A stretch of DNA of 64,000 bases from an uncultured Gemmatimonadaceae bacterium (lineage in GTDB: Bacteria; Gemmatimonadota; Gemmatimonadetes; Gemmatimonadales; Gemmatimonadaceae), in contig CAWJMB010000002.1 of NCBI GenBank assembly GCA_963843845.1, forward strand, positions 3,008,001 to 3,072,000, read 5' to 3'. Both the position numbers and the translations under genes were made by a program. The number at the start of each line of letters is the position of its first letter. The first letter of the stretch is position 1. Positions 1-9,507 of the stretch are shown here, piece after piece. The notes below the pieces were generated by a model, which did not search any database, was not told the DNA's origin, and saw only the letters and a list, made by a program, of their open reading frames with translations.

Positions 1-1402
1 TCGTCCGCCCCTCGCGCGCCAGTCGCATCCCGTCGTCGACGATCGGGGTCATGCCGTCGGCGCGCGCGATGCGGCGCAGCTCGTCGAGCGACGCGCCGGC
101 GACGGCGGCGCGCCGGAACGCGTCGCTCACGACGAGCAGCTCGTAGATGCCGGTGCGCCCGCGGTAGCCGGTGCCGCCGCAGGCATGGCAGGAACCGAGA
201 CCCGGGGATCGGGGACCGCACTCGGCACACACGACGCGCACGAGCCGCTGCGCGAGCACGCCCTGCACCGTCGCCGCGACGAGATACGGATCGACCCCCA
301 TGTCGACGAGCCGAGTCACGGCGCTCGGCGCGTCCGTGGTGTGCAGCGTCGAGAAGACGAGGTGGCCGGTGAGCGCCGCCTGGATCGCGATCTCCGCCGT
401 CTCGCGATCGCGCGTCTCGCCGACCATGACGACGTCGGGATCGTGGCGCAGGATCGAGCGGAGCGCCGCCGGAAAGCCGAGGCCCGCGCGCGTGTTCGTC
501 GGGATCTGCACGGCGTCGGGAAGTCGGTACTCGACCGGGTCCTCGACGGTGACGACCTTGACGCCCGGCGTGCTCACGCGACGCAGCGCGGCGTAGAGCG
601 TCGTCGTCTTGCCCGAGCCGGTCGGCCCGGTGACGAGCAGCAGCCCGCTCGTCGTGCCCAGCAGTCGCTCGAACGGCGCGCGGACGTGATCCGGCATGCC
701 CAACGCCGCGAGATCGCGGGCGCCGCCGGCCTGATCGAGCACGCGCAGCACCACGCTCTCGCCGTGCAGCGCCGGCAGCGTCGACGCGCGGAGGTCGACC
801 TCGCGCTCGCCGACGCGCACGCGCGCCCGTCCGTCCTGCGGCTGCCGCCGCTCGGCGACGTCGAGCCCGGCGAGGATCTTCACACGGCTCACGACGCCCG
901 CGCGCAGCGACGCCGGCACCCGCTCGACGTCGCGCAGCACACCGTCGAGCCGGTACCGCACGCGCAGCCCGTCCGCCGTGCTCTCGAGGTGCAGGTCGCT
1001 CGCGCCGAGTCGGAGCGCGTCGAGCAGAAGCACGTTCACGAGCCGCACGACCGGCGCCTGATTCGCGAGCGCCCGCAGATCGCCGCCGCTCTCGTCGTCG
1101 TCATCGCTCGCGCTCTGCGCGGCGACGTCGATCGCCGCCGCGTCCGGCGGACGCGCCGCGAGGAGCGCCGCCTCCACCTCGGCCGCCGGCGCCTCGACGA
1201 TGCGGACGCGCCGCCCGTACCGCCGCGCCAGCTCGTCGCGCACCGTCTCGTCCGGCATCGCCGCGGCGGCGACGAGCAGCGCGTCGTCGTCCGCGACGCC
1301 TAACGGCAGCACGAGGTGCGCGGCGAGCCACGACGCCGGGAGCCGTGTGGCGAGCTCACTCTGCGCGGCCGCGCGGAGCGCCGCAGCGTCGACGCTGCTC
1401 AT
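1..1402 (-). CDS. gspE: Type II secretion ATPase GspE/PulE (3' end runs off the window)
   Basis: Hand translation (absent from the ORF track): MSSVDAAAL...APVVRLVNVLLLDALRLGASDLHLE...RYRLDGVL...LDVAERRQPQDGR...Walker A GPTGSGKTTTLY...EDPVEY...LRHDPDVVMVGETRD...STLHT...CAEC/CHAC...GYRGRTGIYELL. Confidence 0.95.
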   Translation of the reverse strand, partial: MSSVDAAALRAAAQSELATRLPASWLAAHLVLPLGVADDDALLVAAAAMPDETVRDELARRYGRRVRIVEAPAAEVEAALLAARPPDAAAIDVAAQSASDDDDESGGDLRALANQAPVVRLVNVLLLDALRLGASDLHLESTADGLRVRYRLDGVLRDVERVPASLRAGVVSRVKILAGLDVAERRQPQDGRARVRVGEREVDLRASTLPALHGESVVLRVLDQAGGARDLAALGMPDHVRAPFERLLGTTSGLLLVTGPTGSGKTTTLYAALRRVSTPGVKVVTVEDPVEYRLPDAVQIPTNTRAGLGFPAALRSILRHDPDVVMVGETRDRETAEIAIQAALTGHLVFSTLHTTDAPSAVTRLVDMGVDPYLVAATVQGVLAQRLVRVVCAECGPRSPGLGSCHACGGTGYRGRTGIYELLVVSDAFRRAAVAGASLDELRRIARADGMTPIVDDGMRLAREGRT

Positions 1403-1440
1403 CTAGCTGGAGCTGTTCGTTTTCCGACAGAAGGAACGCG

Positions 1441-3313
1441 TCACGGCTTCCGAACCAGCCCGGGCGCCGCGTCGTCGAGCCGCCCGCGCGCGCGGTCGCG
1501 CACCCGGTCGGCATCCGCGTCGGTGCGGATGACGTAGGGCGTGACGAAGATCGCGAGCTCGGTGCGCGTGCGCGTCACGCGCTGACTCTTGAACAGCGGC
1601 CCGACGAGCGGGATGTCCTTGAAGAACGGCACCCCCGACTCGGTCAGCTCGCGCGACTCGCCGATCAGTCCGCCGATGATGATCGTCTGTCCGTCGCGCA
1701 CCACGGCGCGCGTCGACGCCTCGCGCGTCGAGATCACGGGCGCGTTCAGCGCGCTCGGCAGCGACTGCGTCGTGAGCGAGCTGACCTCCTGCAGGATCTG
1801 CATCGACACGTAGCCGTCATCGTTGATCGTCGGGACGATCGTGAGCGACGTGCCGACGTCCTGATACTGCACCGCGCGGTCGAGCGCGACGTCGTTCGCG
1901 AGGCGTTGCGCGGCCACGAACGGCACCTTGCTCCCGACCAGGATGCGCGCCTCGCGATTGTTCAGCGCGAGGATCTCCGGCGTCGACAGCACGCGAACGT
2001 TCGTCGTCGTCGCGATCGCCTGCAGCACCGCGCGCACGTCGAACCGGTCGACGCTGAACAGCTTGCGCAGCACGAGCCCGGGGCCGACCGGCAGCGTGTC
2101 GGCGACGGGGCCGGTGATCGTGAGCGCCGTCGAGCCGGTTGCGCGTGCTCACGCCCGCCCAGTTGATCCCGAACTCGGTGCCGCGCCCGAGCTGCACCTC
2201 GGCGACGGTGACCTCGAACAGCACCTGCGGCGGCCGGACGTCGAGCGCCTCGATCGTCTCGCGCAGCAGCGGAAAGTTGGGCGGCTGCGTGCGGATGACG
2301 AGCGCGTTCGTCGACGCGCTCGCGACGACGTTGGTCGTGCCGGCGAGCGAGCCGGCGGCGAGGCTGTCGCGCGACTGTGCGGTCGGCGCGGTGCGCGCTG
2401 CGCCCGGCGCCTGCTGCGCGAGCGGCGACGACGGACTGCCGGACGGCGTCGCCGACGTCGGCACGCCGGGGAGCCCGACTCCCTGCCGCTGCCGGAACGC
2501 GTCCAGCTCGCGGTCGCGGAACGTGTCGAGCGTGCGCGACAGGGACCGGTCGGCGAGCGAGCCCGTCCGGCCGGCGTTCGTCGTCACGCCGAACAGCTGG
2601 CCTAACGCCGCCGCCAGGTCTTCGGCACTCGCGTAGCGGAGCGGGACGACATACGTCCGCAGCCCGGCCTCGCCTTCCGGGCGCGCGTCGAGGCGTCGGA
2701 GCAGCTCGAGGTACCGGGCGACGTTCGCGCCGCGATCGGTGACGAGCAGGGCGTTCGAGCGCGTCACCGCCTCGATGCGCGCCGTGGGGCCCGCGACCTG
2801 CCGCAGCGCCTCCGCCGCCTCGTCGGCGCGGATGGAGCTGAGGGGCACGAGCTGCGTGACGAGGCCCAACGGCGGCGGGCTCGAGAGGTCGAAGCCGGTG
2901 CCTAACGGTCCGACCGCGGGGGCGCGGCTCATCGGCACGATCTGCGCGATCGTCGCCGACTCGCTCGACCGCACGAGGACGAGTCCGTTCGACTCGAGAA
3001 TGGACTCGAGGATCGGGCCGACGTCGGCGAGGCGCACCGGCGCCGGCGTCGAGAAGGTGATGCGCCGGTCCGGGATCTCGCTCAGCAGCACCGTCAGGCC
3101 GATGCGGGCGGCGAGCGATCGGATGACGTCGGCGAGCGGCGCGCCGGCGAAGTTGACGCTGACGCTCGGCGGCTGCGGCTGGGCGCTCGACTGCGCCGGG
3201 AGCCGCGTCGCGATCATCCCGACGACGAGCGCCGCCGTGAGGCGCGTCGCGCCGACGAGGGGTCGTGCGGCGGGTCGTCGTGACGGCATCGGCGGCGTGG
3301 AGTGCGCGATCAT
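1441..3313 (-). CDS. gspD: Type II secretion secretin GspD (one frameshift near 2130-2150)
   Basis: ORF 1817..3313 gives a signal peptide, N0 (VNFAGAPLADVIR) and N-domains (LRYASAEDLA, ALDVRPPQVLFEVTVAEV). ORF 1441..2073 gives the secretin core (LSTPEILALNNREARILVG, QYQDVG, GQTIIIGGLI, GVPFFKDIPLVGPLF, ELAIFVTP). Confidence 0.92.
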
Positions 3314-3882
3314 GGATTGGCGGGAGGAACGCTGTCGCGTGGGGCCGTCGGCTCGCTGTCGCGCGGGGGCGCGAGCCGAAGGGTGAGCGCTTCACCACTC
3401 GGCGCCGCCAGCCGCACGCGCTCGGGGGTGACGGCGAGCACGCGCCATCCGCGCTCGCGCGCGCCGACGCGGTAGAGCTGCGCGGCGGGCGTGCCAGGGA
3501 ATCGCAGGAGCGCGCCGGCGCTCACGGCGTCGATGACCGTGCCATAGAAGCGCGGCCGTTCGTACGCGTCGGCGGCGCCGGCGCCGCCGAGCGTGGAGAG
3601 TGCCGCCGCCGCGACCGGATCGGGGGCGAGCCCAGGCGGGAGCGTATCGGGCTCCGGCGGGGTCCAGCGCGCGCGCGGCGGCGTGTGGCCTGCAGCGAAC
3701 ACATCGTGCGTCACGGTGACGTCGGCGAGGGGCGGCGTGCCGACCGTGGCTCGTGCCGCGAGCGACGGAGGCGGCACGTCGCGCACCGGCGCGCGCGCCG
3801 GCCACGCCAGCAGCGCGACCGCGGCGGCGCTCAGCGCGAGCGCCGCACCCCACAACGCGTCGGCGACGACGGCAGCGCGCAT
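3310..3882 (-). CDS. GspC/GspN-like inner-membrane T2SS accessory protein
   Basis: N-terminal TM, Pro-rich linker and C-terminal HR-like segment (YGTVID...YRVGARERGWRVLAVTPERVRL). Start/stop overlaps couple it to gspM and gspD. Confidence 0.65.
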   Translation of the reverse strand: MRAAVVADALWGAALALSAAAVALLAWPARAPVRDVPPPSLAARATVGTPPLADVTVTHDVFAAGHTPPRARWTPPEPDTLPPGLAPDPVAAAALSTLGGAGAADAYERPRFYGTVIDAVSAGALLRFPGTPAAQLYRVGARERGWRVLAVTPERVRLAAPSGEALTLRLAPPRDSEPTAPRDSVPPANP

Positions 3883-4451
3883 CACTCGAGCGCCGCGTAC
3901 GGGGCGCGCACGACGAGCGCCACCTGCAGCAGCTCTTCCCCGCGCGGGCCACGCACGCGCTGCACCGACAGGTCCACGACCTCGAGGAGCCACGCGCCGC
4001 GCTCGATGCGGGCGACGAGGTCGGTGAGCCCGTAGATGTCGGCCGTCGCGCCGACGGTCGCGGGGATCGCCGGCAGTCCGCCTGCCGTGTCGGGCGCGCT
4101 CGCGACGTCGATGCGGTCGAGCTGCACGCGGCTCGCCGACGCGTACTCCTGCAACACCGCCTGCAGTGCCGACGCGGCGAGCGACGCCGACCGCGCGCTC
4201 AGCACACGCGGCGACTGCGCGTCGTGGGTCAGCGTCCGTGCCTGCACCGCGCTCGCGACCCGTCCCCGGTCGCGGATCAGGGCCCGCAGCCGCGACAACC
4301 GCTCGACGCGCGCGTCGAGCAGCGCCTCGCGCGCCGACCACCGCGACGCGAACGGAACGACGCCGTAGGTCACCGCGATCGCGACGGCCGCGACGAGCAC
4401 GCCGATCGCGATCGTGCGCCGCTCGCGTGTCGTCGGCCTCGGCACGCTCAC
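3882..4451 (-). CDS. gspM: T2SS GspM-like protein
   Basis: GTG start; TTRERRTIAIG + TM helix, a coiled segment and a ferredoxin-like C-terminus (ADIYGLTDLVARIERG..LLEVVDLSV). Sits directly after gspL. Confidence 0.8.
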   Translation of the reverse strand: MSVPRPTTRERRTIAIGVLVAAVAIAVTYGVVPFASRWSAREALLDARVERLSRLRALIRDRGRVASAVQARTLTHDAQSPRVLSARSASLAASALQAVLQEYASASRVQLDRIDVASAPDTAGGLPAIPATVGATADIYGLTDLVARIERGAWLLEVVDLSVQRVRGPRGEELLQVALVVRAPYAALE

Positions 4452-5725
4452 CGCCCCGCCCGCGCGGCCGGTCGCACGCGGAACGCGACCGAGTACGTCG
4501 ACCGCGCCCCGCCTCCCTCGTCGACGACGCTGCTCGGCGCCGCGGCTCGCACGGCGTCGAAGCGCGGTTCGGCGTCGAGCGCAGGGACCACGGCCGCGGC
4601 GGCGCGCGCGGTGCCGTCGATCTGCCACGCATCGCCCTGCACGCGGATCGCGGTGACGACCGCGTCGGTCGGCAAGCGAGTGCCCAACGCGTCGAGTCCG
4701 CCGAGCACCGACGTGCGGCGCGCGGCGACGCGCTCGGCGGCGCGCGCCGCGGCATCGAACGCGGCGAGGCGCACGAGGAGCGACTCCGCTGGCGCCGCCA
4801 CCGGCGCCTCGGCCGCGAGCGCGGCGTCGACGGCGCTCAGCGTACGCGCTCGCGACCGGTCGGCCGCGACGAGTGCGAAGCCGAGCGCCGCGCCACAGGC
4901 GACGGCGGCGACGGCGACGCGTCGCGTGCGGCGAGCGCCCAAGGTGCGCGCCGCGTCGTCGGTGAGGAGCTGCACGTCGGCCGGCGCGTCCGTGCCCAAC
5001 GCCGCGCCGAGCGCGGCGAGCCACACACCGTCGACACCGCCGTGCGCGGGGAGCGATCGCGGCGGCGCGCCCTCGAGCGCGATGCGCGGAACGCGGCGCA
5101 CGGCGGCGATCCGTCCGTCGCGCAGCGCGATCGTGCCGATCTCGTCGTCTGCCGCCGCCAGCGCGTACGTCGCGTCACCGAGCGCCGCGCCGCGCAGGGC
5201 CCGCGCGAGCGACGTCGGCGCCGGCTCGACGCACTCGACGGGCGCCCACGCGGAGAACGCGGCGATCCACGCGTCGAGCTGCGGGCGGCGTGCGGCGAAC
5301 GCCGGCTCGCCTGGCGCGTCGCCGGCTGGCGCGCTGCCGGCTGGCGCGCTGCCGGCTGGCGCGCTGCCGGCTGGCGCGCTGCCGGCTGGCGCGCTGCCGT
5401 CCGATCCGCCGTCGCCCAACAGTGCGACGACCGTCTCGTCGTCGACCGCGAAGTGGCGCGCCGTGTCGAGCGCGAGCGCGCGCCGCCGCTCGGCCGGGGG
5501 GAGGGGCGGCAGGACGACGCGCGCGACGTCGAGGAACGCGACGCCGACCGACAGCGCGACGTGCCGCGCGCGTCCGAGCCGCGACTCCAGCTCGCGTACC
5601 ACGTCGTCGGGGCGGGTCGGGTCCCACGCGAGCTCGACCGTCGCCGACGGCATCGCGCCGAAGCGACCGAGGGCGACCGCGCGAACGCGGTCAGCGAGCA
5701 GCTCGACGCCGACGCGGTCAGGCAT
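4448..5725 (-). CDS. gspL: T2SS GspL / PilM-PilN-like protein
   Basis: Actin-like N-terminus (VGVELLADRVRAV), a single TM, and a PilN-like C-terminus (LPTDAVVTAIRVQGDAWQIDGTARAA..LDAEPRFDAV). Confidence 0.75.
   Translation of the reverse strand: MPDRVGVELLADRVRAVALGRFGAMPSATVELAWDPTRPDDVVRELESRLGRARHVALSVGVAFLDVARVVLPPLPPAERRRALALDTARHFAVDDETVVALLGDGGSDGSAPAGSAPAGSAPAGSAPAGSAPAGDAPGEPAFAARRPQLDAWIAAFSAWAPVECVEPAPTSLARALRGAALGDATYALAAADDEIGTIALRDGRIAAVRRVPRIALEGAPPRSLPAHGGVDGVWLAALGAALGTDAPADVQLLTDDAARTLGARRTRRVAVAAVACGAALGFALVAADRSRARTLSAVDAALAAEAPVAAPAESLLVRLAAFDAAARAAERVAARRTSVLGGLDALGTRLPTDAVVTAIRVQGDAWQIDGTARAAAAVVPALDAEPRFDAVRAAAPSSVVDEGGGARSTYSVAFRVRPAARAGR
5321..5395. repeat. Intragenic tandem repeat, 5 x GCCGGCTGGCGCGCT, encoding (SAPAG)n in GspL
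   Basis: Five perfect 15-bp copies with degenerate flanking copies. Confidence 0.95.
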
Positions 5726-5749
5726 CGAAGATCCGTCGCGGCGGCGCGC

Positions 5750-6580
5750 TCACAGGTCGCGCTCCCGCCACCGCACGAACGTGAGTCGGGTGCCGCTCAC
5801 TGCGTACACGCCCTGGATCTCGTGCGTCAGCGGGTGTCCGTCCGACCACCCGCGGCTGACGAGGACGAGTCGCGTCGGCTCGCGCACGAGCGATCCGCGC
5901 GCCGCGCGTCGCACTGGCTCCGCGGCCGACGCCACGTTGATCTGCCCGTCGCCGTCGACCGTGAGGTACGGCGCCGCCGCGCGCGCGAGCGGCGCCGGCA
6001 CGCCGGGAACGCGCGCCAGGTCGTCGAGCGTGCGCAGCTCGCGGCGGGGGCGCGCGAGCGAGCGCGCGAGATCACCGCGCTGCACTCCGCCGGCACCGAT
6101 CCATGTACGGATCGCGTCCGCGGCGGCGCTCGCCTCGGAGGGCGCGCCGACGTGTGCGAACAGCGCCGCCACCACGTCGACGTCCGCCTGGTTGACGTCG
6201 ATGCGGGCACTCGCGTCGACGACCGCGACCTGGAAGCGTGCGGTGCCCAACGTGTCCGGCCGCGCGGCGCCGCTCGCCGCCTCGAGGCCATTCAGGTACG
6301 CCTGCCGCGCGGTCGCGTCGCCGGCGAGCCGCGCCAGCGTCGTCTCGATCTCGTGCGCCGCGACCACGACGCCGCTCTCGGCCGCATACCGAGCGACGGC
6401 GCGCGCGCGCACGTTCGTGACCGCGCCCGTCGCGTCGCGCGCCGCGGCGACGACCGACGCGGCGAGCGCGGCGAGCAGCACGATCAGCCACAGCGTCATC
6501 GCGAGCGCCGCGCCGCGGCGGGCGCGGCGGCTGGCGGCGCACGAGAGGCGCGCGACCGAGTGCAGACGCGACACGCTCAT
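5750..6580 (-). CDS. gspK: T2SS minor pseudopilin GspK
   Basis: RRG|AALAMTLWLIVLL, ARYAAESGV, VVDASARIDVNQA, LRTLDDLARVPGV, YLTVDGDGQINVASA. Confidence 0.9.
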   Translation of the reverse strand: MSVSRLHSVARLSCAASRRARRGAALAMTLWLIVLLAALAASVVAAARDATGAVTNVRARAVARYAAESGVVVAAHEIETTLARLAGDATARQAYLNGLEAASGAARPDTLGTARFQVAVVDASARIDVNQADVDVVAALFAHVGAPSEASAAADAIRTWIGAGGVQRGDLARSLARPRRELRTLDDLARVPGVPAPLARAAAPYLTVDGDGQINVASAAEPVRRAARGSLVREPTRLVLVSRGWSDGHPLTHEIQGVYAVSGTRLTFVRWRERDL

Positions 6581-7182
6581 GGCGTGACGCCCTCCGCACC
6601 TTCGGGGCGCGTCCGCGCGATCAGCGCCGGCAGGGCGTCGCGTCCGGCGGCATCGAGAAAGCGGATCCGCACGGCGACCGGCGGCGCGTCGGGACGCGAC
6701 CACCGGTCGCGCCACGGACCGCCGACGCTCTCCAACACGCTCACGTCGAGCCCCGCCACCGCCGGCGCGACGATGCGGAGCGGCGTCGCGTCCTCGTCGA
6801 GCGGTGCGGCGCGCAGCGTGAGCCCGTCGCGTGATGTCGAGAGCTCGACCGCCCACCGCCCGCCGGTGCCTAACGGCGGCCGCACGCCGCGCGTGACGAA
6901 GCGGAGCGCGACCGACGGATCGTGTGGCGCGCCGAGCGTCGGGGAGGTGCCGGGCATGGCGAACGTCGTGTCCGTCCCGCCGCTCCCCGGCTCCGCGTGG
7001 CGCAGCGCGTCGTGCAGCACCGACCGCAGCGCGAGCGCGCCGCCCTCGTCGCGCCGCACGCGCTCGAGCCGTGCCGTCACGTCGAGCCCGGCCGACGCGG
7101 CGCCGAACGCGAGGCTCGCCACGAGGCCGGTCACGACGAGCGCGACGAGCACCTCGAGCAGGGTGAAGCCGCGGCGCCTCAC
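6577..7182 (-). CDS. gspJ: T2SS minor pseudopilin GspJ
   Basis: GTG start, RRRG|FTLLEVLVAL N-methylation motif, C-terminal WRDRW...PVAVRIRF. Confidence 0.85.
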   Translation of the reverse strand: MRRRGFTLLEVLVALVVTGLVASLAFGAASAGLDVTARLERVRRDEGGALALRSVLHDALRHAEPGSGGTDTTFAMPGTSPTLGAPHDPSVALRFVTRGVRPPLGTGGRWAVELSTSRDGLTLRAAPLDEDATPLRIVAPAVAGLDVSVLESVGGPWRDRWSRPDAPPVAVRIRFLDAAGRDALPALIARTRPEGAEGVTP

Positions 7183-7496
7183 CGCCCCGCTCCCTGCACG
7201 GCGACGACTCGCTGCAGCGCGAACCGCGCCCCGTTCGGCGACGTCACCGTCACGTCGAAGGTGACGAGCCCGTCGGCGCGCGGACGTCTGACGATCGCGC
7301 GCGTCCATCCGGCGAGCGAGTCGTCCGGCGCCACGCCGGCGAGCGTCGCTTCCACCCCCGACTCGGCGTACGCGACGACGCGGCTCCACTCGCTCGCGTC
7401 GCGCGCCGCACGCGCCGTCTGCTGAAACACGCCGAGAAAGCCGGTGGCGGCCGCGCCGAGGATGACGAGCGCGACGAGCGCTTCGAGCAGCGTCAT
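7179..7496 (-). CDS. gspI: T2SS minor pseudopilin GspI
   Basis: MTLLEALVALVILG pilin helix, 105 aa, between gspH and gspJ; ATGA overlap with the gspH stop. Confidence 0.8.
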   Translation of the reverse strand: MTLLEALVALVILGAAATGFLGVFQQTARAARDASEWSRVVAYAESGVEATLAGVAPDDSLAGWTRAIVRRPRADGLVTFDVTVTSPNGARFALQRVVAVQGAGR

Positions 7497-7900
7497 CTCG
7501 TGCCCGCCGCGACGCGGCACGCCGCGGGATCCCACGCGGCGTCGGCGCGTTCGCCGTCGGGCAGGCAGCTGCCGAGCGGCGACACGAGCAGTCGCGCCGG
7601 CAGCGCGGCGGGCGCCGCGATCGTTCCCCGTCGCAGCGGCTGCGAGTCGCCACGCGCGACGACGAGCGTCCACACGCCACTCCGCGCCGTCTCCAGCACG
7701 AGCGTCTCGCCGCGCCGCACGGCTGCCGCGCGCGCGAACGCGACCACGCGCTGCGCGTCGGTCGTCGGGTCGGGTCGCTCACGCCGGAGCGCGGGCGCGC
7801 CGAGCGCCGCGGCGAGACCGATCAGCGTGATGACGACGAGAAGCTCGAGCAGCGTGACGCCGCGTCGAGGCCGGCGCGAGGGCCGAAGGCAGGAGGGCAC
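7493..7900 (-). CDS. gspH: T2SS minor pseudopilin GspH
   Basis: RRG|VTLLELLVVITLIG and FARAAAVRRG. The GTG start at 7900 is uncertain. Confidence 0.8.
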   Translation of the reverse strand: MPSCLRPSRRPRRGVTLLELLVVITLIGLAAALGAPALRRERPDPTTDAQRVVAFARAAAVRRGETLVLETARSGVWTLVVARGDSQPLRRGTIAAPAALPARLLVSPLGSCLPDGERADAAWDPAACRVAAGTR

Positions 7901-8053
7901 GTCCGTAAGGTCGAGGCGCACGGCGAGGGTGTCAACGCGGGCGACTGGACGATCGGCGCACGCCGCGGCGAGTTTCCTGTGTTCTCGCGACTCGCGCACC
8001 ACTCCGCACGCCACTCATGTCCGACGCGCCACACCCTCGCTCGCCACTCTCCG

Positions 8054-8293
8054 ATGCGTGAGCGTCCTCCGCTCCGCTTCCGCTCGCCGGCGCGGCGCGA
8101 GCTGACGATCATGATGGGCCTCGTGGTCCTCGTGCACACGATCGCCATCGCGATCTATCGTCTGACCGACATGGCGAATCGCCCGATGCGGACGACGCAG
8201 ATCTTCGGGGCCGTGTGGACGGCCGCGACGGTACTCGTCGTCGCCTTCGGCCTTCGCCGCATCAACGCGCTGCGCCGCCAGCGGCGGCGCTGA
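8054..8293 (+). CDS. Small two-TM membrane protein (79 aa)
   Basis: Two hydrophobic helices and an Arg-rich tail. Confidence 0.65.
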   Translation: MRERPPLRFRSPARRELTIMMGLVVLVHTIAIAIYRLTDMANRPMRTTQIFGAVWTAATVLVVAFGLRRINALRRQRRR

Positions 8294-8391
8294 TCCGTGG
8301 CGCGCGCATCGCGCCGGCGTCGATGCAGCGCCGGCGCCTACGCACCCGATCGCCGGCGCTGCGCCGATCTCGGAGTCGTGAGCGCCGTCCG

Positions 8392-9066
8392 GTGAGAGTG
8401 CGTGTCAAGATCTGCTGCATCGCGTCGGCCGAGGAGGCGCGGCTCGCCGTCGCGGCAGGCGCCGACGCCCTCGGGTTCGTCTCCGCGATGCCGAGCGGGC
8501 CTGGGCCGATCGGCGAGGCGCTGATCGCGTCGCTCGCGCGTCGGGTGCCGCCGCCGGTGTCGCGCTTCCTGCTCACGTCGGCGACGGACGTCGAGACGAT
8601 CGCCGCGCAGCTCGTGCGCACCGGCGTCGACACCGTGCAGCTGGTCGACGCGTTGGGCGGTCCATCCGGCGCGTCGCTCGGCGCCGTCTACGGCGCGCTG
8701 CGGTCGCGCGTCCCGCACGTGCGGCTCGTGCAGGTCATCCACGTCCTCGACCTGGCGTCGGTCGACGAGGCCGCGGCGGTCGCGCCGCACGTCGACGCGC
8801 TGCTCCTCGACTCGGGAAATCCGCGGCTCGCCGTGAAGGAGCTCGGCGGGACGGGACGGGTGCACGACTGGGCGCTCAGCCGGGCGATCGTCGCGCGGAC
8901 CGGTGTACCGGTGTGGCTCGCGGGCGGCCTGACCGCAGCGAACGTCGGCGAGGCGGTTCGGGCGGTGCGGCCGTTCGGCGTCGACGTCTGCTCCGGCGTA
9001 CGGCGCGACGGCGCGCTCGACGCGACGACGCTCGAGGCGTTCGTCGCGTCGGTCGCCGCGGGGTAG
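8392..9066 (+). CDS. trpF: Phosphoribosylanthranilate isomerase family protein
   Basis: RVKICCI, GADALGFV, DALLLDSG, LGGTGRVHDW, WLAGGLTAANV, PFGVDVCSGV. Confidence 0.9.
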   Translation: MRVRVKICCIASAEEARLAVAAGADALGFVSAMPSGPGPIGEALIASLARRVPPPVSRFLLTSATDVETIAAQLVRTGVDTVQLVDALGGPSGASLGAVYGALRSRVPHVRLVQVIHVLDLASVDEAAAVAPHVDALLLDSGNPRLAVKELGGTGRVHDWALSRAIVARTGVPVWLAGGLTAANVGEAVRAVRPFGVDVCSGVRRDGALDATTLEAFVASVAAG

Positions 9067-9089
9067 CGCCGCGGGGAGCGCCGCGCGGG

Positions 9090-9347
9090 TCAGGTCGTGG
9101 TCGCGCGTCGCAGCAGTCGGATCACGAACAGCAAGACCACGGCGCCGATGAACGCCACGAGAATCGTCCCCGCCAACCCGCCGAGCGGCGACGCGACGCC
9201 GAGGGCGGTGAAGATCCACCCGCCGACGAACGCGCCGACGATGCCGATGATGATGTCACCGATGAGTCCGTAGCCCGTGCCGCCCATGACCATCGAGGCG
9301 AGCACGCCGGCGACGAGACCGACGATGAGCCAGGCGAGGAGTGTCAT
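9090..9347 (-). CDS. GlsB/YeaQ/YmgE (transglycosylase-associated) membrane protein
   Basis: LAWLIVGLVAGVLA...GLIGDIIIGIVGAFVGGWIF...AFIGAVVLL, 85 aa. Confidence 0.92.
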   Translation of the reverse strand: MTLLAWLIVGLVAGVLASMVMGGTGYGLIGDIIIGIVGAFVGGWIFTALGVASPLGGLAGTILVAFIGAVVLLFVIRLLRRATTT

Positions 9348-9507
9348 ATCGCCGAGAGCTCCGGTGAGAGAAGCGACCTCGAAAGTGAGCACGCTCGTGC
9401 GGCCACGGGCGACACGCCCGGGTGCCTGCCGCGCTCCCCGCGGAGCGGGCGACGCGGCGGTCGCGAGCGTCGCGCCACGACGCCGCCCGACCGGCGAGCT
9501 TTCGCGC

